Under the pieces are notes generated by a model that saw nothing but the letters and a program-made list of their open reading frames with translations, was not told the origin of the DNA and did not search any database. A program made the position numbers and the translations under genes. From an uncultured Desulfurococcales archaeon (lineage in GTDB: Archaea; Thermoproteota; Thermoprotei_A; EX4484-217-1), in contig CAYOTT010000005.1 of assembly GCA_964406965.1 (NCBI GenBank), positions 54,878 to 118,877 of the forward strand: DNA of 64,000 nucleotides, given 5' to 3'. Positions 20,525 to 28,699 of the stretch are shown here, in pieces (positions within the stretch are counted from its first letter, which is position 1; the number at the start of each line of letters is the position of its first letter).

Positions 20525-21457
20525 CTAAATTTCTCCTTCAAAATACTTCTTAAAGAACCCTACATACTTAAAGCCGTCATCCGGGAATACGAGAACAAAT
20601 ACTCCTTCAGCACCTTCCTTAACTAATTTCTTAAACGACCAATAAACAGCTCCGGAGCTTAAACCTATTAGTATGCCTTCCTTCCTAGCTACTTCTATTG
20701 ATGACTCCACGGCATCTCTTAATGTAACATCTATTAAACCGTCTATTTGTACTTGGAAAAACCACTTAGGCTTTGTTTCGATTCTCTTAATTCCAGGTAT
20801 GCTATGGCCTTTAGCTGGCTGAACAGCATATACTTTTGTTTTACCGAAAACTTCCTTAATTCTCTTTGAAATGGCAGCTACATGGCCTGACGTACCTGTT
20901 CCACAAACCACGTAATTCGGTGTTTTCTTTAAAGCTTTCATTTGCTCTACGATTTCTTTAGCTGTGGTTTCATAATGCATTTTGAAGTTAACGTCGTTTT
21001 TGAATTGATTAAGATTGGTTGCACCAATTTCTTCAGCGTGTTTTCGTACATAATTCCAAAACTCTGGACCTATGGTTTCATATTCTGTAGTAACGTATTC
21101 TGCTCCGAAAACTTTAAGCAATATAGGGACAGTTTCTGAAACTTTCTTTGGAAGGTAGGCTCTAAACTTTTTATTGTAAATTCTTGAAAGCGCTGCTAAC
21201 GCTAAGCTTGTATTTCCTGAAGATGCTTCTTCAATAACATTTTTAAGTAAACCTTTATCATAGGCGTCTTTAATCATCGCCCAAGATATTCTATCTTTAA
21301 TACTCCTACTGTATGGATTGTAGAATTCAAGCTTAGCCCAAACCTCTACCCTACCTATCGATGACTTTGAAAGCTTAACTAATGGTGTTGGTAAATTACC
21401 TATGAACAATTCTAAGGTGTTCTCAAATATTCTATACTTCCAAAGCTCTTTCCCCAT
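20525..21457 (-). CDS. PLP-dependent cysteine synthase/CBS-family enzyme
   Basis: PLP-lysine motif NPYSRSIKDR, glycine-rich loop GTGTSGH; 310 aa. Confidence 0.75.
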   Translation of the reverse strand: MGKELWKYRIFENTLELFIGNLPTPLVKLSKSSIGRVEVWAKLEFYNPYSRSIKDRISWAMIKDAYDKGLLKNVIEEASSGNTSLALAALSRIYNKKFRAYLPKKVSETVPILLKVFGAEYVTTEYETIGPEFWNYVRKHAEEIGATNLNQFKNDVNFKMHYETTAKEIVEQMKALKKTPNYVVCGTGTSGHVAAISKRIKEVFGKTKVYAVQPAKGHSIPGIKRIETKPKWFFQVQIDGLIDVTLRDAVESSIEVARKEGILIGLSSGAVYWSFKKLVKEGAEGVFVLVFPDDGFKYVGFFKKYFEGEI

Positions 21458-21573
21458 GAAACCAGCCTCTTCCTTTAAATACGTATGGTTAGAGCTTAAT
21501 AGTTATTCGTCACTAGAATCTAGTGGTTAAAATAGGTTAAAATAAGAAAATATTATTAACGCCGTTAAAGGTG

Positions 21574-21823
21574 ATGGAAAATTACGTTAAAGGAAAAAGT
21601 CGTAGACTTAACAGGTAAGTCGTCAGAATGTAGGGACCATCCGGTTCTGGATTTAACTAAAACATTTAATAATATGAGGAAGGGTGAAAGAATAAGATTC
21701 ATTGTTAATTCCATGGAAATTCCCTTAGAAATAGTAACTACACTAGCTAAAGTGAGAAACATAAGCATAAGTGTCGTTGAATCTAAGGGTAATAGATTAA
21801 TTTTCGTTGCTGAGAAGAAATAA
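21574..21823 (+). pseudogene. TusA/SirA-like sulfur-carrier domain protein, reading frame interrupted at an A5 run (needs a 1-nt shift at 21594-21598)
   Basis: ATG at 21574 gives MENYVKGK then a stop after 15 codons. The +1 frame continues VVDLTGKSSECRDHPVLDLTKTFNNMRKGERIRFIVNSMEIPLEIVTTLAKVRNISISVVESKGNRLIFVAEKK, which resembles TusA (LDLRGLxCPxPVL...GExLxV...). It has no start codon of its own before the Cys. Deleting one A from the aaaaa run restores MENYVKGKVVDLTGKSSEC... Confidence 0.45.
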
Positions 21824-21919
21824 AGTTATGTATTAAATGATCTATTTCGACTATTAAGCGCTAAATAAGCACTAGATAATTTAAGCGTTAACTAATTACT
21901 TATTTTTAGGAGGTAAGCT

Positions 21920-22234
21920 ATGAGTTTAAAGTATGAAACAATAATTGACGGTAAAATAGTTGAAGCAGTATATGTAGCTAAAGACGGCGTAATAAATGAA
22001 GTATGGCCTCCAAGAAGTTTAGATAAGAACACAGAGGATATACTTAAAAAATACGTGCTTTCTTCGCCAAGGAAGTTCATAATGTTTACGGGAAGTTCAT
22101 TACAACATATATTCTTAAGTATAAAACATTGTGAAAGGAACATAATATTGAAGATTTCTAAGAGAGTTCATCCAGAGAAAATACTTCAAAAAGTAGCTAC
22201 AGTACTTATAACATTAAAGCATTCATATAACTAA
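21920..22234 (+). CDS. hypothetical protein
   Basis: 104-aa ORF with a strong SD (AGGAGGT) 7 nt upstream of the ATG. Confidence 0.45.
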   Translation: MSLKYETIIDGKIVEAVYVAKDGVINEVWPPRSLDKNTEDILKKYVLSSPRKFIMFTGSSLQHIFLSIKHCERNIILKISKRVHPEKILQKVATVLITLKHSYN

Positions 22235-22714
22235 TTCAACAATATGTAAACCCATATTTATGGCAATGTAGGATACATACGACGAAAAAATCACCCCTAG
22301 AATTATTGAAAACACTGTTCTATCATAGCTTATATTAAATAGTTTTGCCACTAAAGCTCCAGTCCACGCTCCACTTCCAGGTAGAGGTACAGTTATGAAT
22401 AAAATGAGCCCTGGAACACCATATTTTTCAACATACTTTCTAGATTTATTGCGAATATGGTTAACATACTTAAAGTAGAGTATTCTTATAAGCCTGGATC
22501 TGAAGGGGAATGTTTTTCCCTCCTTAATTTTCTCTTCTACTCTATCTAGAATCCAGTAAAGAGCAATACCTATGAGTATTGTCGGTATGGAAACTGCTAA
22601 AGGAATTATAGGTGATTTAATATTTAAAGCGACCATTACATATGCGACGGCAACTCTAGCTTCAAAACCAGGAGCAATAGTTATTATGAGAACTTTTAGT
22701 GCTTCCTCCAACAT
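22223..22714 (-). CDS. membrane protein, COG2426/small multidrug export-like family
   Basis: 163 aa, 4 TM, pattern resembles PF06695 proteins. Confidence 0.45.
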   Translation of the reverse strand: MLEEALKVLIITIAPGFEARVAVAYVMVALNIKSPIIPLAVSIPTILIGIALYWILDRVEEKIKEGKTFPFRSRLIRILYFKYVNHIRNKSRKYVEKYGVPGLILFITVPLPGSGAWTGALVAKLFNISYDRTVFSIILGVIFSSYVSYIAINMGLHIVELVI

Positions 22715-22726
22715 TATAATGTGGCC

Positions 22727-23668
22727 TCAAACAACTTTCGAGGAAATTTTCATTTTAATCTCACATGCTTTACATATCTCCTTAGCCGAAGGCTCACCAC
22801 ATATTTTACATTCAGTAAATTTGTACATTTTGTACTTGGATAGCTTCTTTCTCATTTCATCAATTTTAATCATTAACCTATATTTAAAACCGGGATTTTC
22901 AGCTTCAACTCTGTTTAAAAACTCCCTAATATTCCACCTTAACGAGTAGGGAGCATAGGGGCATTCAACATAAGGGGTTTTCAAATCAACTATTATTGAA
23001 TGTATTAATGATTCCTTCTCATACATATAGTGTAAGGGCCTAACTCTTGGAATAAGTTTTGGATGGTCGGCTTTTACTACTATACCACCACGTATTAAGG
23101 ATTGGAAATCACCCCTAATAAGGTTCATAATAGCTGTTTGCAAGTCATCGTCTAAGTTATGCCCTGTAACTAAGTATTTTGCTCCAAGCTCTCTTGAAAC
23201 TTTATTTAAAAGATAGCGTCTAATAACTCCACATACTGTACATGGTTTCCAATCTATTTTACCTTCAAAAAACAGTTTTGCTGCATCATCTATTGTGAAA
23301 CTAAAAGCGTTTTTAACATCAACTAGGAAGTATTCTACACCTAGTTTTTCAGAAACATTCTTTAAGGCTTTAATTGTGTACTCTCTGTAACTAGAAATTC
23401 CCTCATTAACCAGTAATGCTTTAACTTCAAAACCGTATTTTTCTGAAAGCTTCTTCATAACATAGAGCGCATTTAAACTATCTTTTCCTCCTGAAGTTGC
23501 TACAACAAATAACTTACCTGAAACCCTAGATAGAACCTCCGCTTTAGAAAGTGTTTTCTCAGCCTTCTCTAAGAAATATTTTTGAAAACACTTTTTACAG
23601 AAATACTTTCCCTCATAAGCCACTTTAATAATGGCTTTCTCCTTTTCACATACTGAGCAAAGAGGCAT
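22727..23668 (-). CDS. ncsA: tRNA 2-thiolation protein NcsA/Ncs6 (TtcA/Ctu1 family PP-loop ATPase)
   Basis: PP-loop VATSGGKDS. N-terminal CSVCEKEKA...CKKC and C-terminal CKICGEPSAKEICKAC zinc fingers, plus CTVCG, typical of Ncs6/TtuA; 313 aa. Confidence 0.8.
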   Translation of the reverse strand: MPLCSVCEKEKAIIKVAYEGKYFCKKCFQKYFLEKAEKTLSKAEVLSRVSGKLFVVATSGGKDSLNALYVMKKLSEKYGFEVKALLVNEGISSYREYTIKALKNVSEKLGVEYFLVDVKNAFSFTIDDAAKLFFEGKIDWKPCTVCGVIRRYLLNKVSRELGAKYLVTGHNLDDDLQTAIMNLIRGDFQSLIRGGIVVKADHPKLIPRVRPLHYMYEKESLIHSIIVDLKTPYVECPYAPYSLRWNIREFLNRVEAENPGFKYRLMIKIDEMRKKLSKYKMYKFTECKICGEPSAKEICKACEIKMKISSKVV

Positions 23669-23676
23669 TTACATTA

Positions 23677-25470
23677 TCACTTTTCCACAGTCTTAAATGG
23701 ACATATTCTAGCATAAAAGCAGTATTTACAATTGTGAACTATACCAGCTGGTGTTAAGTAATTTTCTATATTTTCAACTTCAATATTATAAACCTCTCCG
23801 CGATATGAATTCGGAAGTATCCTCTTAATCCTAACCCATACTCCTCCCTTAATAAACCACGCTTGCGGATTTCTCTTCCTATATGTTGTCCATCTAACGT
23901 GAAATATGGGGTGTTTACCCCAGCCAGGTTGTCTTTGGGAGCTTTTTAGCGTAGGCAGTATTTTTTGCCTTAGTAGCATTATGACAAGCTGGTAAGCGAG
24001 CTTAGGGCTTGTAGTAGTATAATCAAACATTCCGTCCTTATAGACGTGGCCGTCGCCAGCTACCATCCCTTCTACTATTGTTCGTTGAGATTCAGGGGGT
24101 AAGTATAGGATTTTTTCTCTAAAGTGTTTCCTAGGAGCATATCTTCCCGTTTTGGGGTCTTTCTCCCATTCGATGAAATTATCAGCTAATTTACGCCATT
24201 TCACACCTAAGTTTATAACGTATTCATCTCCATGGGGCGGTGGGAGCTTGTAGAGATGAGATGAGTATGAAATACCATGTTGTGTTGCTATATCTTCAAC
24301 TCTCTTTACAATATTTTCCTCATGTGTACCCAGTGTAAGCACTATAGAAAATTTACCTCTCGGGAAGCCTTCGGCAACAGTAAGTCCAAGTAGCCATAAT
24401 AAGTTTTCTGTTAGACCCAAATCAAGAGGTCTATACTTAACCTCACTGGGATATGGTATAAATATCCATGGTTGTGCTTTGTACTCATCATTTATGTCTC
24501 TTTGCGCTTCACGTTCCATAATTTCGTAAATTTCCTTAACCGTTAACCATTGTGGCTCTGTAAAGATACGGCATCGTGTCCTTGACGTTATTTGAACATA
24601 ATACCCTCTCTGCTTATATGAATTAACTTTTTCTATATTTCCCCACTTGGAGAATCTAACGAAAATTGGATGATTCTCTGTAATCACTATGTGATTAAGA
24701 CCTGCAGGCTCTATGGTGAAGCATTGTTCATTCTTATGTATTTGTCTTCGAATAACTTTTGTTACTATTGCAACTCTATACTTGCCCGTTATTTTGTCCA
24801 TGCCGATGATTTTGTCTCCTTCTTTAATAAGCCTTATCGTTTTCATACCATCCGGAGTAAAGATAAGTGTGTTTGGGTGAAGGCATTCCCAACTATATCT
24901 TGGATGCTTTATGTTTTCTATAGTTTCCTTTACTAGTTTCTCAAGGTCTATTGGTGTTTTTTCAATGCTAAATTCAGCTATCCTATCAGGTGTTATGTAT
25001 ATTAGTATTCCTTTTTCTCTATTTAGAATGTTAAGATAGATCTGTAGCTGCATTAAGTGGTGGTCGTGAGGTATTCCTAAGTCGCTTCTTGCCGTTTTTA
25101 TTTCAACAACATAGTTTTCATTTAGGGCATCAACTCTTCCCTTGATCTTAACTTCTCTGTTATCTATAGATATCTCTTTTTCAAACTCTACTTCCACTTG
25201 AAAACCTTCTTCCTTAAGAAAACCTTCAATACCTATGTGCACCATGTCACCTAGTATGTGAGCGGGTTCAAATTTGAACATTAATTCGGGATATCTTATT
25301 CTGAACTCCCTTTTTTGACTGCATGAAACCATATCTGTAACGTAAACTATGTTAGGGTTTGTTGCATCCTTAAAATGTTCTCTGTAGTCACTTAAAACTC
25401 TTCGATAAAGTTTCTCCATAACTATGTTTGATGCTTTAAACTTCTCTGTTGAATTCAATTTACAATACAC
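23677..25470 (-). CDS. Cas4-family (DUF83/RecB-like) PD-(D/E)xK nuclease with 4Fe-4S cysteines, interrupted by an intein
   Basis: Exteins (aa 1-195 plus the last 17 aa) contain the N-terminal Cys (MVSCSQKREF), nuclease motifs GRVDALNENYVVEIKTA (D...ExK) and HHLMQLQIYL (QxxxY). After splicing, the C-terminal motif WE-CKYCFYARIC (Cx2Cx5C) is reconstituted. Confidence 0.65.
   Translation of the reverse strand: MYCKLNSTEKFKASNIVMEKLYRRVLSDYREHFKDATNPNIVYVTDMVSCSQKREFRIRYPELMFKFEPAHILGDMVHIGIEGFLKEEGFQVEVEFEKEISIDNREVKIKGRVDALNENYVVEIKTARSDLGIPHDHHLMQLQIYLNILNREKGILIYITPDRIAEFSIEKTPIDLEKLVKETIENIKHPRYSWECLHPNTLIFTPDGMKTIRLIKEGDKIIGMDKITGKYRVAIVTKVIRRQIHKNEQCFTIEPAGLNHIVITENHPIFVRFSKWGNIEKVNSYKQRGYYVQITSRTRCRIFTEPQWLTVKEIYEIMEREAQRDINDEYKAQPWIFIPYPSEVKYRPLDLGLTENLLWLLGLTVAEGFPRGKFSIVLTLGTHEENIVKRVEDIATQHGISYSSHLYKLPPPHGDEYVINLGVKWRKLADNFIEWEKDPKTGRYAPRKHFREKILYLPPESQRTIVEGMVAGDGHVYKDGMFDYTTTSPKLAYQLVIMLLRQKILPTLKSSQRQPGWGKHPIFHVRWTTYRKRNPQAWFIKGGVWVRIKRILPNSYRGEVYNIEVENIENYLTPAGIVHNCKYCFYARICPFKTVEK
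23731..24885 (-). mobile_element. intein (about 385 aa) with LAGLIDADG homing-endonuclease domain
   Basis: Begins CLHPNTLIFTPDG (block A) and has TENHPIFV (block B). Two LAGLIDADG motifs LLWLLGLTVAEGF and IVEGMVAGDGHV. Ends VYNIEVENIENYLTPAGIVHN, followed by +1 Cys (blocks F/G). Flanking sequence is contiguous Cas4 extein. Confidence 0.85.
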
Positions 25471-25670
25471 CTTATCTTCTACTCTTACTACAATTACAGA
25501 TAATTTAAAACTAACTTTACTTAGTGGTTACCTAGCAAGAATATTTTTGTTAAAGCGCTAAACTCTCATTAATCAAAATTATTATTGGTAATTTCTTCCA
25601 AATAATATATATTACTGATACTTCTTCATAACCATGAATTACTAGCTTATAGAGGCAAGGTGTTAGAGGA

Positions 25671-26851
25671 ATGAGGAGATTTCAAACTGAAGCTATCCAT
25701 GGACATGTATTTTATGATGAAAAATATGGAGCTTTTATCACACCAATATATCAAAGTGTTATTTATGAGCAATTCGATAGGAGAACAGGCAAGTTAAGAT
25801 TAACTGATAGAGGATTTGAGCTAAAGTATTCACGAGAGGAAAACCCAACCGTTAGGGTACTTGAAAGAGTTTTAGCTAGGCTTGAAAAAACATATGATTC
25901 CATAGCGTTCGATAGTGGTATGGCGTCTATTTCCTCAACACTTTTCTCCCTCATACATTATGGAAGCGTTATTCTTGTGCCTTATGAAGTTTATGGAACA
26001 ACATTGCATCTCATAGATCATATGGGTAGATTTGGTGTTAAGGTAGTTAAGACTCATCCTTCAACAGAAGCCATAATTGAGGATGCCAATATTAACGAAA
26101 ACATAAATGTTGTTTTCATAGAAACAATAACTAATCCTACATTAAAAGTATTAGATGTTGAGCAAATAGCTAAAGTAACTAGAGAGGCTGAAGCAAAACT
26201 CATTGTTGACAACACATTCGCATCCTCTGTAATATTTAACCCCATAAACGCTGGAGCACACGTAGTCGTTCATAGTGCAACTAAGTATTTAGCAGGACAT
26301 AACGACGTATTAGGCGGTTTTTCAGCAACAGATGATGTGGAGTTAATTAAGAATATATGGGATTGGCGTAGAAAGCTTGGCTCAATAATTCAGCCCTTAG
26401 AAGCTTATCTAATACTTAGAGGAATTAAAACGCTTGAAATAAGGTTTAAAAAACATAGTGAAAACGCATTAGCCATTGCCGAGTTTCTTCAGGAGCATCC
26501 TAAAGTTGTTGATGTATTATATCCCGGATTAAAAGATAGCCCATACTATAGTTTAGCTTGCTGAATGTTTAAGAAAAACTTTTCGGAGGAGTTGTTTCAT
26601 TTAGGGTTAAGGATAGCATGGTAGATGCGAAAAAGGTTCTTCTTTCAACGTCAATTATTAAGCCTTCTCCAAGTCTTGGTGGGGCAAAGTCGCTTATGAC
26701 CTTGCCGGCTTTAAGTTCAGCTAAATATATTCCGAAAGAATATAGGGAACGTGCAGGTATCTATGATAATCTCCTAAGACTTTCCGTAGGGTTAGAAGAT
26801 GTTAACGACATTATTGAAGATTTAGATAAGGCACTGGCAAACTTAAAGTGA
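25671..26851 (+). pseudogene. cystathionine gamma-synthase/beta-lyase family (Cys/Met-metabolism PLP enzyme), split into 297-aa and 77-aa ORFs
   Basis: The N-part ends ...YPGLKDSPYYSLAC* at 26564. The C-part (26618..26851) is MVDAKKVLLSTSIIKPSPSLGGAKSLMTL...RLSVGLEDVNDIIEDLDKALANLK, a typical C-terminus for this family. Between 26560 and 26590 there are stops in all three frames (TGA, TAG, TAA), and FGGVVSFRVKDS is readable just upstream of the second ATG. Confidence 0.7.
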
Positions 26852-27508
26852 TAATAAGGCAATACTCCTTATAACATCTGCTACATCTTCGCATCTATCT
26901 TCCGCATTCTCTATAGAATCTATTGTTTCCTTAGCTATGATACATGATGAAGCCTCTGTTTTATCACACCATTCAAGCACTTTAGCTAATCCTCCCACAC
27001 GTATCTCGTCAACTTCTTCCTCAAGACTCTCTATTTTATCAGCTATTTCAAGAGCTTCCTTAGGGTTCTCATAAACCTCCATTATAGCGTCTTTTATTAG
27101 AAGAGTTGACTCATAAACTTTAGAAGCCATTTCGTAAAGTATCTTTAAAATTTCCTCAGGTATTTTAGCCGAAGATGGAAGCATAAGTTTTCGCGAAGCA
27201 GATTTTACATATGCAGCAATATCGTCAGCTGTTAACACAAGCCTTATAAGATCCTCCCTATCTATTGGGTGAAATATTCCTTTAGAAAGCTCAGCGATAA
27301 TGTTTCTTTTTATTTCATCAGCTTCTCTTTCTAAATCAAAGACTTTTCTATATTCTTCTCCAGCTTTCTCCCTATTCTTTCTAATACAGTTCTCTAAAAG
27401 CTTTTTAAGATGAGCAGCTTCCTCTATAACCTTATTTATATGTGATAGACATAAAGCAATTATTTCTCTTTGCCTTCTTCTCCCAATCCAAGCCCATGTT
27501 GTAGCCAT
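26843..27508 (-). CDS. DUF47 (PhoU-like) phosphate-transport regulator family protein
   Basis: 221-aa helical protein immediately downstream of the PiT permease gene, the classic DUF47-PiT pairing. Confidence 0.6.
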   Translation of the reverse strand: MATTWAWIGRRRQREIIALCLSHINKVIEEAAHLKKLLENCIRKNREKAGEEYRKVFDLEREADEIKRNIIAELSKGIFHPIDREDLIRLVLTADDIAAYVKSASRKLMLPSSAKIPEEILKILYEMASKVYESTLLIKDAIMEVYENPKEALEIADKIESLEEEVDEIRVGGLAKVLEWCDKTEASSCIIAKETIDSIENAEDRCEDVADVIRSIALLSL

Positions 27509-27536
27509 GCTTTAAAACACCTACATGTTAACTTTA

Positions 27537-28586
27537 CTAAACCACGGGAAATAAGTTTGAAGCTAAAAGGTAAACTACAAAGCTTAAAAATGCAGCAATA
27601 GGAACTGTTAGTATCCATGAGACTATAATGTATCCTACAACTTTCCAGTCAACGCCCTTTAAGCTTCTATTTTTAGCTATTCCTACACCTATTACTGAGG
27701 ATACACTAGCATGAGTTGTTGAAATAGGCATTCCATAATTATACAGTAGCTTAGGTATTGTGCTAAAGCCCCATACAACAATAGCGTTTGAAAAAACAGC
27801 TGCTGAAGCTGAAATATAATCTAGCCTTGTTATTTTAAATCCGACAGTGTTTATTACCTTGTACCCCCACGTTAAGGCACCTACAGTTATTCCTACAGCT
27901 CCAAGTAGCGCTAAGTAGAACATTGTTGTCATATCGGGTGTTCCCATAACTTTTGAAGCTACTGTAATGTACACTCCAGTAGCATTTCCTACGTCATTTG
28001 TTCCGAAAGCGTATGCGGAAAATGCTAAGTTAAACAGTAGGAAGCCTTTAAAGAACTTATCAACATTTTTACCTTTAGATATAAGGTACTTAGCTACTTT
28101 TTCCAGCACAAAATACATTGCTATGCTAAGCATTATTGCTAAAAGGGGAGAAGTTATCCAGCTAAGAATAACCATGTAAACTACTTTCCAATTTATTCTC
28201 ATAATGCCCTGAGTATACATGTAAGCTAAACCTATTCCTAAAACCCCACCAACACTACTATGAGTTGTTGAAACAGGTAATCCCTTCCAAGTAACAAAAG
28301 TTATCCATAAACCTGCCATAAGGGAAGCTATTAATGCACCTAACGGGTCAATATCTTTAACAACACCTTTACCTATAGTTTTCATAACCATGTATCCTTG
28401 AACAATAGCTCCTAATGCTGCAAAAATAGAAAACATAATTAATGCTTTCTTAATACTTATTGCTCCAGATCCTACAGCAGTATTTGTTGGGTTTGCAGCG
28501 TCATTTGCTCCAAGGTTCCATGCAATGTAGAAGGCAAGTACTAAGCCAAGAAGTAAATACAGTGTTTCCATCGAAATCATTAACAA
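27537..28586 (-). CDS. pit: inorganic phosphate transporter, PiT (PHO4) family
   Basis: Duplicated signature GANDAANPTNTAVGSGAIS and GTNDVGNATG; 349 aa polytopic membrane protein. Confidence 0.85.
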   Translation of the reverse strand: MLMISMETLYLLLGLVLAFYIAWNLGANDAANPTNTAVGSGAISIKKALIMFSIFAALGAIVQGYMVMKTIGKGVVKDIDPLGALIASLMAGLWITFVTWKGLPVSTTHSSVGGVLGIGLAYMYTQGIMRINWKVVYMVILSWITSPLLAIMLSIAMYFVLEKVAKYLISKGKNVDKFFKGFLLFNLAFSAYAFGTNDVGNATGVYITVASKVMGTPDMTTMFYLALLGAVGITVGALTWGYKVINTVGFKITRLDYISASAAVFSNAIVVWGFSTIPKLLYNYGMPISTTHASVSSVIGVGIAKNRSLKGVDWKVVGYIIVSWILTVPIAAFLSFVVYLLASNLFPVV

Positions 28587-28699
28587 TACAGCATTACACC
28601 TTACGTCATCAGCTTACCATATTTGCTTCAAAGCTAGTGTCTTTACTCGAAAATTTAAACATTATCTTAAAGACTATACTTAGCCATACTTAGCTATAC

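Noticed and set aside
21565-21768. 67-aa minus-strand ORF over the TusA-like locus
   Set aside because: It is a shadow ORF antisense to the better-supported (frameshifted) TusA-like reading frame.
26562-26564. TGA in the cystathionine gamma-synthase gene and TAG (52000-52002) in the antiporter as recoded selenocysteine/pyrrolysine
   Set aside because: There is no SECIS-like context. The crenarchaeal lineage this looks like lacks Sec and Pyl machinery. At the first site all three frames are blocked, which recoding cannot explain.
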